Shown one piece after another: positions 22,782-30,231 of a DNA stretch of 42,308 nt. Location of the stretch: the IMG/VR virus record IMGVR_UViG_3300031673_000147, positions 1 through 42,308 of that record. One strand, 5' to 3'. A program made the position numbers and the translations under genes. Origin of the DNA: a virus. Numbering within the stretch: position 1 is the first letter of the stretch; each line of letters begins with the position of its first letter. The notes under the pieces were generated by a model. It was not told the origin of the DNA. It did not search any database and saw nothing but the letters and a program-made list of their open reading frames with translations.

Positions 22782-23001
22782 GGGAGACAAGGTAAAGCAT
22801 AGAAAATATGTCGCTTTCAGGAATCACTACATCACTTCCGATAATAGCGAAAGTTGGGATGATTTAGTCAGTAAAGGGTTGGCAAACAAAAGATCATTTC
22901 CCCAAGGAATAGGGAATAACCCGCGATGGTACAGTGTTTCAGAAAAAGGTATTGAGTTTTTGTCAAAGCTACTGGAAGTCAAAATTACAGAAATGGACTG
23001 A
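22735..23001 (+). CDS. Hypothetical protein
   Basis: 88-aa ORF. Start uncertain (22735 or 22741). Confidence 0.65.
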   Translation: MIMTQIENMKHCIGFRGDKVKHRKYVAFRNHYITSDNSESWDDLVSKGLANKRSFPQGIGNNPRWYSVSEKGIEFLSKLLEVKITEMD

Positions 23002-23012
23002 GGAGGTGCGGT

Positions 23013-24074
23013 GTGGACAAGTGGGAGATAAGACAAGGCGACTGTCTGGAAATAATGCGAACCATGCCGGATAAATCGGTTCACTGCTGCGTAACTTCGC
23101 CTCCTTACTGGGGCCTCCGGGATTATGGCGTAAGCGGCCAGCTGGGGTTCGAACCAACGCCGGAGGAATACGTCGCGAAGATGGTTGAGGTTTTCCGGGA
23201 AGTATGGCGTGTGCTTCGGGATGATGGGACGTTGTGGCTTAATTTGGGGGACTGTTATAATTCTCCAAACTCGCACAGTGGTAAAAGCTGTAAATATGGT
23301 GGTAGCCGAGATAAATATATAAATCGACTATTAGAACACAAAGCGATTAATCCCGGTACGACAAAGACACTTAAACCTAAAGACCTTGTGGGACAACCCT
23401 GGCGCGTAGCATTCGCCCTGCAAGCCGATGGATGGTATCTCCGGAGCGATATTATATGGAGTAAGCCTAACCCGATGCCCGAGAGTGTGACGGATAGGCC
23501 GACGAAGGCGCATGAATATATTTTTCTACTGAGTAAGAAAGGGCGGTATTACTACGACTACGAAGCAATTAAGGAGCCTACTGTTTACGATGGGAAAAAT
23601 AATGGGGTTGGGTTTGGCCACGGTACCGACAAGGAGTTAAGAGACAGAGATCGGGTTAGGGGATCGGTGGGCGTTATAAACAATCCGCTGAACAGTGCCC
23701 TTAGAAAAAGTGGCAACCTAGAAAGAAAAATTGGATCAGCTCGAGGGCGACCGGATTCGCATCTTGGTGGTTCTGTTCCCTGGGAAGGAAACACCCGCAA
23801 TAAACGCACCGTCTGGACCGTGGCCACTCAATCTTTTTCCGAAGCCCACTTTGCAACATTTCCGCCGAAGCTTATTGAGCCCTGTATTTTGGCAGGGTGT
23901 CCAGCTGGTGGCACAGTGTTAGACATCTTCTCTGGATCTGGCACAACGGGCATGGTGGCACTCAGACACGGGCGGCGGTATATCGGGATCGAGTTAAAAC
24001 CGGAGTATGTGGATATGTCAAAGCGCCGGATAGAGGACGATGCCCCGCTGTTTAACCGGTTGGCGATGGAGTGA
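23013..24074 (+). CDS. Orphan beta-class DNA methyltransferase (N4-C/N6-A family, SPPY motif IV)
   Basis: [17 protein letters not shown] (motif IV) near the N-terminus and [14 protein letters not shown] (motif I) near the C-terminus. No adjacent endonuclease gene. Confidence 0.9.
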   Translation: MDKWEIRQGDCLEIMRTMPDKSVHCCVTSPPYWGLRDYGVSGQLGFEPTPEEYVAKMVEVFREVWRVLRDDGTLWLNLGDCYNSPNSHSGKSCKYGGSRDKYINRLLEHKAINPGTTKTLKPKDLVGQPWRVAFALQADGWYLRSDIIWSKPNPMPESVTDRPTKAHEYIFLLSKKGRYYYDYEAIKEPTVYDGKNNGVGFGHGTDKELRDRDRVRGSVGVINNPLNSALRKSGNLERKIGSARGRPDSHLGGSVPWEGNTRNKRTVWTVATQSFSEAHFATFPPKLIEPCILAGCPAGGTVLDIFSGSGTTGMVALRHGRRYIGIELKPEYVDMSKRRIEDDAPLFNRLAME

Positions 24075-24088
24075 CAAGGAGGTGCGAC

Positions 24089-24229
24089 GTGGTAATTCGC
24101 AAGCGAACTGGTTGGTCATACGGGAAGCGTCATCGGTGCCCTGAATGTAAAAAACTGCATAACGGCGCAAAAGGAAAGCCGTGTGCAAAATGTAGCCCTG
24201 TTAAGGGCCGGGGCGGAGATCAGATATAA
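24089..24229 (+). CDS. Zinc-ribbon micro-protein (CPEC...CAKC)
   Basis: 46-aa ORF not in the track. GTG 6 nt after AAGGAGGTG. Confidence 0.5.
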   Translation: MVIRKRTGWSYGKRHRCPECKKLHNGAKGKPCAKCSPVKGRGGDQI

Positions 24230-24245
24230 GCGGGAGGCGCGGGGA

Positions 24246-24914
24246 TTGAACTACATCCGGGAGATTAACGCATTCTATGATTGGCTCGAAACAAATTCCA
24301 TATCTGATTCCGCGATTGCTTTATGGTACGCATTGATGCACATAAACAACAAGACGGGATGGGTAACAGAATTTGCAGTAGCTTTATCGACACTGGAAAC
24401 AAAAACAGGGTTAAAAAAGGATGCGATAATCAGGGCCAGACACAGGCTACAGCAACTAAATAGAATTGAATTTAAAAGCCGTTCTGGGCAACAGTCAGCA
24501 CTCTACTCTATCAAGGCATTTGAGACTTGTGTCGTTTTAAACGAAACTAAGTGCGACACTAACCGCAACACAAACCGCGCACTAACTGCGACACAAACCA
24601 CAACACAAACCGCGTCCATTATTAAACTAAACAAAACTAAACTAAAAAAAGATAAAACATTATATCTCGACTTCGTTTTTCTTGCCGACGATGAACACCA
24701 AAAACTAGTTGACTCCATCGGACAATCCAAGACTGATGAAATGATCGATCGTCTTAATTCTTATGGTCACACAAAAACTAAAAAGTTTAAGGAGTACACA
24801 TCGCATTATCACACGATCCTTAACTGGTTAAGGAAGGACGGAGAAGGACAGTTAAAACAATCGCCACAAAAACAACGTTTACCAAAAGGCTATCAATCAA
24901 TCCTTGATGCGTGA
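24246..24914 (+). CDS. Replisome organizer (DnaD / phage_rep_org_N-like)
   Basis: YIREINAFYDWLETNSISDSAIALWYALMHINNKTGW... matches the phage replisome-organizer N-domain pattern. TTG at 24246 follows GGGAGG. The ORF is open from 24183. Confidence 0.8.
   Translation: MNYIREINAFYDWLETNSISDSAIALWYALMHINNKTGWVTEFAVALSTLETKTGLKKDAIIRARHRLQQLNRIEFKSRSGQQSALYSIKAFETCVVLNETKCDTNRNTNRALTATQTTTQTASIIKLNKTKLKKDKTLYLDFVFLADDEHQKLVDSIGQSKTDEMIDRLNSYGHTKTKKFKEYTSHYHTILNWLRKDGEGQLKQSPQKQRLPKGYQSILDA
24553..24650. repeat. Direct repeats inside the organizer gene plus an A-rich tract (candidate ori)
   Basis: AACACAAACCGCG occurs twice (24567, 24602), ACACAAACC three times and GCGACAC twice, followed by attaaactaaacaaaactaaactaaaaaaag. 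Confidence 0.6.
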
Positions 24915-24923
24915 GGTGGTTAA

Positions 24924-25418
24924 ATGAAACACGATGAAATAAAAACCCTTGTTGCAATGACGCTCGCAAATTTTCCCAATATGCAAGAAAGACATATGTC
25001 TCCTACAGTGGCACTGTGGCAGCAGATGTTGTCAGACATACCTTTTAACGTCGCCAAGGCCGCATTAATAAAAGTCCTTGCCACTGCTAGATTTTGGCCC
25101 ACGGCTGGGGAAATACGCGAGGCCTCGGTGCAGCTTACATCGCCGAATATCCTATCGGCGCCGGAAGCCTGGGCGCAAGTAATTAAGGCAATACGGTATG
25201 ACTGGAGATCGGACGAACTTGATCCTGTGGTGAGAAAGGCTATAGAGGGATTCGGGGGGCTTAACGGGATTGGCTACAGTGAAAATATAGACGTGGTTCG
25301 GGGCCAGTTCTTGAAGGTTTACGATCAATACGCGGCCAGGGAAAGAGAAACAGCGCTGGTCCCGGCATCGGTGAGAGAATTAATTGGTGAGACCGTGAAG
25401 TCTCTGCCTGTGAGGTGA
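24924..25418 (+). CDS. G39P-like helicase loader/inhibitor
   Basis: IKTLVAMTLANFPNMQ...ALWQQMLSDIPFNVAKAALIKVLATARFWPTAGEI parallels SPP1 G39P. It follows the organizer gene. Confidence 0.75.
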   Translation: MKHDEIKTLVAMTLANFPNMQERHMSPTVALWQQMLSDIPFNVAKAALIKVLATARFWPTAGEIREASVQLTSPNILSAPEAWAQVIKAIRYDWRSDELDPVVRKAIEGFGGLNGIGYSENIDVVRGQFLKVYDQYAARERETALVPASVRELIGETVKSLPVR

Positions 25419-25423
25419 AAACC

Positions 25424-25756
25424 ATGGCTCAAACCTGGAATAGCGCCCCAATGTCCGCCGCGCTAACCACTGAACAATGCGCAGATGTACGCACCTTTTT
25501 GCGGACTCTTGTAGCCTACGCAAAGTATACACCAACTCCGGATGTAAACAGATTTTTGCAAGAGTACCGCAATATCACAACGGAATACCGGAAAAATGGA
25601 AGGCCGCGGATACCCCTGGAGGTCGGTGAGTGCGCGTGGCCCGGATGCGGGAATAAATTCGAGTATCACAGATATACACATCAGCGGTACTGTTCCCAGG
25701 ATTGCGCCAGGCTGGCAGCGCTGGCGAAGCAGAGGGAGTATAGAAAGGCGAGGTGA
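25424..25756 (+). CDS. Hypothetical Cys-containing protein
   Basis: ATG 6 nt after GAGGTGA. The ORF is open from 25415. Confidence 0.65.
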   Translation: MAQTWNSAPMSAALTTEQCADVRTFLRTLVAYAKYTPTPDVNRFLQEYRNITTEYRKNGRPRIPLEVGECAWPGCGNKFEYHRYTHQRYCSQDCARLAALAKQREYRKAR

Positions 25757-25762
25757 TCACCG

Positions 25763-26086
25763 TTGCAATCCCATCGCACCTTACACAAACACAACATCTC
25801 CGCAACTAAGCCATACACCGGAAAAGTAGGCCGCCCCGTGGGATCCGTAGCACCAAGGCTGCAAGGTGAAAAGGTGACGATACTAGACAAGGGCTATGAC
25901 TGGGACTGGTATCCTGCGGAGATGCAGCAGTTCCGCGAAATGTGGAAAGCCGGAATAAGCCTGCCGGACATAGCGGTACGCCTCAAGCGGCCACAAAAAG
26001 AGGTGGCGCTGCTGTGGCTGAACGAGTCATTTGAGAGACGAATCAGGGAACGCGAGGGGGGATTACTCGGATGCCAAAATGTTTAA
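25763..26086 (+). CDS. Hypothetical protein (possible HTH)
   Basis: 107-aa ORF with a TTG start. An internal GTG at 25874 is an alternative start. Confidence 0.5.
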   Translation: MQSHRTLHKHNISATKPYTGKVGRPVGSVAPRLQGEKVTILDKGYDWDWYPAEMQQFREMWKAGISLPDIAVRLKRPQKEVALLWLNESFERRIREREGGLLGCQNV

Positions 26087-26244
26087 TCTGCCGCAAGTAC
26101 CCCGCCCGCACCGGTGACCTGTTTTGCTGGAAGTGTGCCATAGGTGATTATCCTGCCGGCGGGCTACACAGGAGGTTGCATCCAACGCGCAGGGATGCCG
26201 CTGAGAAGCCACAGGATGCCCGTAGCGGCAAGATAACCGGCTAG
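26071..26244 (+). CDS. Zinc-ribbon protein (CLIC...CWKC)
   Basis: 57-aa ORF not in the track. ATG follows GGGGGG. Confidence 0.45.
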   Translation: MPKCLICRKYPARTGDLFCWKCAIGDYPAGGLHRRLHPTRRDAAEKPQDARSGKITG

Positions 26245-26286
26245 GTGGGGTAAAGTTTACCTAAGGGGAAAAAGGAGGGCTTAGAA

Positions 26287-26607
26287 TTGAAAATTAACGG
26301 CGGCATCATCGAGGGGCAGGAAGTTACGTTGGGGTGTCCGCATTATGAGGATTTTGATTGCTATCATGCTAGCGATGGCCCAAGGGGTGGTGATTGCCAC
26401 AAGATTAAATGCCCCAAGAGAGAAAAACTGTGTTGCGTCCACTGTGAAGATCATTTCGCTTGTTTTACTCACTTTAGGAGTGGTTGTATTGCTGCTGATG
26501 AATCAAAAATGATGGTATGGGGTAGTAAAGGTGAAGCAATGTGGGTAAACAAAAACCCAGACAACCACTGCCCGGTACATGGCCACGGCGGGAGGGGATG
26601 GAGATGA
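26287..26607 (+). CDS. Cys/His-rich protein
   Basis: TTG start 7 nt after AAGGAGGG. 106 aa with more than 10 Cys. Confidence 0.65.
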   Translation: MKINGGIIEGQEVTLGCPHYEDFDCYHASDGPRGGDCHKIKCPKREKLCCVHCEDHFACFTHFRSGCIAADESKMMVWGSKGEAMWVNKNPDNHCPVHGHGGRGWR

Positions 26608-26855
26608 AAGCAGGGCTATGCCATAAAGAGTTAAGCGAGTGGGAACCTGACAGACTTATCAAAGTAATAATTAAGCAGACATATATCGAGAGTGCGAAAG
26701 CCGAGCGGGAGCGGATCGCCAATCTGCTTGCGCCAAGAGGTTGCCAATGTTGCCCATATCCAAAGGCGCTTTGTAATACTACCGACAACTGTTTTGACTG
26801 CTGGATAAGGTATCTAAACGACACGCCGGGGGAGGATGCCAATGTCCTGGATTAG
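26604..26855 (+). CDS. Cys-rich protein
   Basis: ATGA overlap with the previous gene, GGAGGGG RBS. The ORF is open from 26541. Confidence 0.6.
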   Translation: MKAGLCHKELSEWEPDRLIKVIIKQTYIESAKAERERIANLLAPRGCQCCPYPKALCNTTDNCFDCWIRYLNDTPGEDANVLD

Positions 26856-27249
26856 ATTTACCGCCTACGGAATCCCGCAGCCCAAAGGATCCACAAAAGC
26901 CTTCGTGATCAAAGGACAGGCCGTAATAACCAGCGACAACACAAAGCTAAAACCCTGGCATGAGGTTGTCGCCTACGCAGCGCAGGAATATCGTCCAAGG
27001 GATGGATTGCTACAAGGGCCGGTAGTGGTGGAATTGCTTTTCTGCCTCTTGCGGCCAAAGTCGGTAAGCGTGAAAAAGCGGCCATTGCCAACGTCTAAAC
27101 CTGATCTTGATAAACTTACCCGGGGGGTATGCGATGCGTTAAAAGGGACGATATATGGGGATGACAGCCAGGTTGTGGGCATGAAGGTGGATAAAGTTTA
27201 CGGGGATCCTCCGAGGGTGGAAGTGAATGTGAGGAGGGTGGAAGCGTGA
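26842..27249 (+). CDS. rusA: RusA-family Holliday-junction resolvase
   Basis: GIPQPKGSTKAF... and KPDLDKLTRGVCDALKGTIYGDDSQVV match the RusA catalytic-Asp motif. The ORF is open from 26836. Confidence 0.9.
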   Translation: MSWIRFTAYGIPQPKGSTKAFVIKGQAVITSDNTKLKPWHEVVAYAAQEYRPRDGLLQGPVVVELLFCLLRPKSVSVKKRPLPTSKPDLDKLTRGVCDALKGTIYGDDSQVVGMKVDKVYGDPPRVEVNVRRVEA

Positions 27250-27443
27250 ATAAACTACTCAATTGTGTATTCTTGACGTTGGTAATATCAACCGGGATAG
27301 CTTACATGGTTATAACATATCTAACACCTAACCCGGTTACTATCCAACAACTCCAGGCTGAAGTCCAAAGCCTGCGCGCCGAGGTGGAAGATGTGAAACG
27401 GGTGCAGGGGTGGCAGAGTTATTACTTAGAGGGGAGGCGGTAG
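27246..27443 (+). CDS. Small TM plus coiled-coil protein
   Basis: 65-aa ORF. GTG overlaps the rusA stop. Confidence 0.6.
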   Translation: MNKLLNCVFLTLVISTGIAYMVITYLTPNPVTIQQLQAEVQSLRAEVEDVKRVQGWQSYYLEGRR

Positions 27444-27444
27444 T

Positions 27445-27531
27445 GTGACCATCATCTACACCGCCGGCGCAATCCTCATCAGTGTCGCCGCAGTATGTGG
27501 CTTCCGGACAGGTCGAGGGGGTGTGGGTTAA
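27445..27531 (+). CDS. TM micro-peptide (28 aa)
   Basis: GTG 7 nt after GGGGAGG. Not in the track. Confidence 0.35.
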   Translation: MTIIYTAGAILISVAAVCGFRTGRGGVG

Positions 27532-27575
27532 GGGACTTGACACAGCACTCGCCAAAAGTAGGGGGGGGTTGAACC

Positions 27576-27770
27576 TTGAGGGCTACAATCGAAATAGAAA
27601 TGCCTGAAAACTGCATGAAGTGTCCTTTTTGTGTCGGCAGTCAATTGGTTCCCGGGTATTATTGCGGCGCTTTAACAATAGCGCGAATGAGCGGTGGTAT
27701 AGAAATTTGCAAAGACAAAAGAAGAGACGACTGCCCTTTAAAGCCTGTTGTGGAGGGGGTATTACCTTGA
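27576..27770 (+). CDS. Cys-rich small protein (CMKCPFC)
   Basis: 64-aa ORF; TTG start after a GGGGGGGG tract. Confidence 0.6.
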   Translation: MRATIEIEMPENCMKCPFCVGSQLVPGYYCGALTIARMSGGIEICKDKRRDDCPLKPVVEGVLP

Positions 27771-28207
27771 TTAGCCTGGAGAAAGCAAAGGCGCTGAAAT
27801 CTGCGGGGCTAGTGTGGGAGCCGAAAAGATATGATTTATATCAAGTCCATCCAGAGGAACCTTGGTCTGAAGTGATTTGCATCATGCGGCAGGACCATGC
27901 TGACTCAGCCAAAAAATGGGTTGGCGATGGGCATATTGTCTGGCTTCCCCTCCTTGATCAACTGCTGGCGGAGATCGAGCGGCGCGGCTGGAACGCCGAC
28001 TCGGTATCGTTCAAAGACGGTGGATACGGCTGTGACATCTACTGGCTGTCGGCTACGGTACACACGAAGTATGCGACGTTTACAGGTGAGAGCAGGGAGG
28101 ACGCGGTTGCTTCTGCGCTTTTATATATACTTCCGCCGATAGACAAAATCCAGGGGGGGTGCGGGGATGGACGAAGACCAAAGGGTGGATCTACAACTAG
28201 CAAATGA
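27767..28207 (+). CDS. Hypothetical phage protein (paralogue of 13698-14087)
   Basis: TTG overlaps the previous stop (TTGA). The upstream part of track ORF 27620-28207 lies out of frame over the previous gene and is probably not translated. Confidence 0.65.
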   Translation: MISLEKAKALKSAGLVWEPKRYDLYQVHPEEPWSEVICIMRQDHADSAKKWVGDGHIVWLPLLDQLLAEIERRGWNADSVSFKDGGYGCDIYWLSATVHTKYATFTGESREDAVASALLYILPPIDKIQGGCGDGRRPKGGSTTSK

Positions 28208-28454
28208 AGCGGCGAAGAGGGGCGTTAACCGCGCCGCTGCTGCCAGTGTGGAGGCTATCCGAGATAGGAACGAGCAAGAAGACCCCTGGGAAGCGGATGG
28301 GTTTTGGTGTTGGTGGGCCAAGACAAGCCCGCCGGATCGGAAGGAGAAGGAGGCGCTGCCGCCGGGGGAGCCGTCCGGTAGGAGTTCCAAGAGTAAATGC
28401 AAAAAACGCAAGAAACCGCCGAAAAACTTCAGGAGTTTGTATATGGAGTGTTGA
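28167..28454 (+). CDS. Hypothetical charged protein (last gene of the early operon)
   Basis: 95-aa ORF after a G-rich RBS. The region is GC-rich and open in four frames, so the call is tentative. Confidence 0.45.
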   Translation: MDEDQRVDLQLANEAAKRGVNRAAAASVEAIRDRNEQEDPWEADGFWCWWAKTSPPDRKEKEALPPGEPSGRSSKSKCKKRKKPPKNFRSLYMEC

Positions 28455-28480
28455 CAGTCGAATAGTGGGCATGGTATGGT
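28451..28480 (+). promoter_or_regulatory. SigmaA-type promoter directly upstream of the CRISPR repeat
   Basis: TTGACA-18 nt-TATGGT, with TGg immediately 5' of the -10 hexamer (extended -10). It overlaps the stop codon at 28452-54. The expected start site is about 15-20 nt before the repeat. Confidence 0.6.
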
Positions 28481-28504
28481 AGTGGTGTATAGCACGCCCA
28501 TTTA

Positions 28505-28602
28505 GTCGCTCCCCGTGCGGGAGCGTGGATTGAAACGTTTGTACGTATATACCCCAACCGGTTGATTATAATGGGCCTGTGCAGACGCAGGCCCCGCGAA
28601 AC
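28505..28602 (+). CRISPR. Solitary type I-C-like CRISPR repeat, then a 34-36 nt spacer-like segment and a degenerate hairpin repeat (mini-array / solitary repeat unit)
   Basis: 28505-28536 reads GTCGCTCCCCGTGCGGGAGCGTGGATTGAAAC: 7-bp stem, 5-nt loop, 11-nt TGGATTGAAAC tail. 28573-28602 reads GGGCCTG-tgcagacg-CAGGCCC-CGCGAAAC. No cas genes in the window. Confidence 0.7.
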
Positions 28603-28976
28603 CACGCCGGTACGCTATACGCAGGCCGGGAAATTATAATAATCTTTACTCTCCTGCCATGTGTAGGCAGAGAAGCCGGTCTCTCGAACAGGGACCGGCT
28701 TTGGGCTCGGGTGGCCCGGGCGGCCAAGCGGTGGCGGAAAATGTAGACGCTAATGTGTGGTCTAGTGTCATCGCCACACTGCCCCTCCTTGATAGCTGAG
28801 GACAGGAAAGACATATGCCGGGTGAAAATCCCGGCCCGCTTGGAGGAAACAACGGTGTGATGAGCGCCTTTAATTTTGTACATCAGCCGGTAATATGCAG
28901 GTTGCCACGAGCCCGGCTTATAATAATCTCCGTGACCTGGGCGATCAGGCCGCGGAGGTCCCGCAAGGGAAAGAAA
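28603..28976. other. Hairpin-dense GC-rich non-coding tract
   Basis: No ORF with an RBS or protein-like sequence. Stems include AGCCGGTC/GACCGGCT, GTGGCG/CGCCAC and GCCGGG/CCCGGC. The exact 12-nt direct repeat TTATAATAATCT occurs at 28634 and 28918. Confidence 0.6.
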
Positions 28977-29006
28977 AACCGCCGTGTTGGGCGGTTAGGC
29001 TTTTTT
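28972..29006. terminator. Bidirectional rho-independent terminator
   Basis: AACCGCC-gtgttg-GGCGGTT, flanked by gaaaaa on the left and aggctttttt on the right. It overlaps the stop codon of minus-strand CDS 28995-29231. Confidence 0.8.
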
Positions 29007-29231
29007 CTTTGCTCCTCTTTTAGCGGAATGATATATAGTTTCTTCGTTATAAGTTCCCTGTCCGCCGCAAGTTATGCATTGCCATATTTCTGCTTTGTGT
29101 ATTGCTGGCCTTGGCGCAAGAAGCCTACGTCCACTGTATGGTCTATATTTTTCTACGTGTTGTTCCCGTATTCCAATATACTCCATATCACGGTATCCGT
29201 GGCAGTATCCGCATATTTTACGTTTATTCAT
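28995..29231 (-). CDS. Zinc-ribbon protein (CGYC...CITC)
   Basis: 78-aa ORF, last gene of the minus-strand operon. Confidence 0.7.
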   Translation of the reverse strand: MNKRKICGYCHGYRDMEYIGIREQHVEKYRPYSGRRLLAPRPAIHKAEIWQCITCGGQGTYNEETIYHSAKRGAKKKA

Positions 29232-29246
29232 CTACATCCATCCTTC

Positions 29247-29438
29247 CTATTTTTGTTCGGGGGTGTGGATTTCGCGTGCCTTGCGCCTCATGTATTCGCT
29301 AAAGGTGATGCCTTCGGCGCTGGCCCTTTGCATAATGGCTTCATATTCTTCCTGGCTAAGTCTAACCGTGCGCTGAATCCGCTTATCTGCGGAAGGTTTG
29401 CGCCCCGCATTGAGGCGCTTACCGCCTTTGGGTGTCAT
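29247..29438 (-). CDS. Ribbon-helix-helix protein (MobC/relaxosome-accessory-like)
   Basis: MTPKGGKRLNAGRKPSADKRIQRTVRLSQEEYEAIMQRASAEGITFSEYMRRKA fits the basic-arm plus RHH pattern. The ATG at 29438 was chosen (13 nt after the upstream stop); the track ORF extends to 29546. Confidence 0.6.
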   Translation of the reverse strand: MTPKGGKRLNAGRKPSADKRIQRTVRLSQEEYEAIMQRASAEGITFSEYMRRKAREIHTPEQK

Positions 29439-29451
29439 ATGGTCAGATCCT

Positions 29452-30231
29452 TTAATACATACATTCGCAGGGAGTATAATCAATTCCCTGGATGTCGAAA
29501 AGCGTTCCCTTAACAATGCGCTTCCTGAAAGATTCAAGCGTAACATATTTTATTTTACCACCTCTGCGATCCTTGAGGATTGCAATCTTGGGATTAATCT
29601 TTTGCCGGAACAGCTTTTCGTATTGTTCAACCTCTTTAAATCGTTCTGGCCAAACTTCATAAAGTCGGGCAAAGTGTCCAAGGCCACCTTTTATGCAACG
29701 TCCTCCACAGTTTGAATGGCTAAAACCAAGGCGGTACATGCGGGGAATTTGTATTTTCCATTTTGATTCACAAGTAGCCTTCATATATTCTTTACTTAAC
29801 GGATTATCAACCAGGGGAAAGCGACATTCTACCGGGGCGTATCTATAAGAGAGGTTAATGGCCCGATGTTCTTCTTCCTTGCCGATGCCAAAATAGAGAA
29901 TCGGTTCAATGCCCTGGGACTGTAAGTCATCGACATATTTTAAGGTTTGCTTCGTCTTTAACTCAAGCGAACATTTGGCAAGGTTCTTGCCGACAAGGTA
30001 TCGAGTTTTAAACCAAACTTCGGGAGGCGTGCGACCGTCGATTCTGTGCGCGATATTGACGTTGTGGTGAGAAATTACCTCATCAATAAAACGGTAATTG
30101 TCCTCATCCTCCCATGTGGTATCTGTGTGTAAGGCAACGACACTTTCCCGGCCATATTGCTTTACAACATGATGTAGGGTGAAGGAACTTGATAAACCAC
30201 CCGATAGCAAAACGACGTGTAGTGTTTTCAC
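29452..30231 (-). CDS. PP-loop ATP pyrophosphatase superfamily protein (PAPS-reductase / DndC-like)
   Basis: N-terminus HVVLLSGGLSSSFTL is an SGGxxS PP-loop. Cys motifs CSLELK and CGGRC are present, and the C-terminus ends CECMY. GTG start overlaps the upstream stop. Confidence 0.75.
   Translation of the reverse strand: MKTLHVVLLSGGLSSSFTLHHVVKQYGRESVVALHTDTTWEDEDNYRFIDEVISHHNVNIAHRIDGRTPPEVWFKTRYLVGKNLAKCSLELKTKQTLKYVDDLQSQGIEPILYFGIGKEEEHRAINLSYRYAPVECRFPLVDNPLSKEYMKATCESKWKIQIPRMYRLGFSHSNCGGRCIKGGLGHFARLYEVWPERFKEVEQYEKLFRQKINPKIAILKDRRGGKIKYVTLESFRKRIVKGTLFDIQGIDYTPCECMY

Noticed and set aside
27620-27766. The N-terminal 49 aa of track ORF 27620-28207.
   Set aside because: This part overlaps the Cys-rich gene 27576-27770 out of frame and reads as non-protein-like sequence. 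The in-frame TTG at 27767 overlaps the upstream stop (TTGA) and begins the conserved-looking domain.
28850-28875. GTGATGAG as a hammerhead-ribozyme CUGAUGA core.
   Set aside because: The first conserved C is absent, and no matching GAAA plus three-helix junction could be drawn.
28634-28929. The 12-nt direct repeats TTATAATAATCT as target-site duplications of a miniature mobile element.
   Set aside because: The 272 nt between them have no terminal inverted repeats and no transposase-related features.
28896-28930. CCACGAGCCCGGCTTATAAT resembles the conserved 3' region of bacterial RNase P RNA (CCACGACAGAACCCGGCUUAU), and AAGCCGG at 28672 could form a P4-like pairing.
   Set aside because: The universally conserved ACAGAA is missing. 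The 5' partner lacks the GAGGAAAGUCC context and the bulged U. No other conserved RNase P regions were found, and the tract is too short. Treated as coincidence pending an Rfam scan.
28566-29513. Long ORFs across the CRISPR-repeat locus: 28566-28883 (-) 105 aa, 28646-28852 (-) 68 aa and 28815-29513 (+) 232 aa. Also the multi-frame ORFs 28121-28501 (-), 28197-28472 (-) and 28204-28482 (+).
   Set aside because: None has a Shine-Dalgarno sequence. The translations are R/P/G/A-rich and not protein-like, several frames are open at once (a GC-rich artefact), and the 232-aa ORF runs antisense through three well-supported minus-strand genes.
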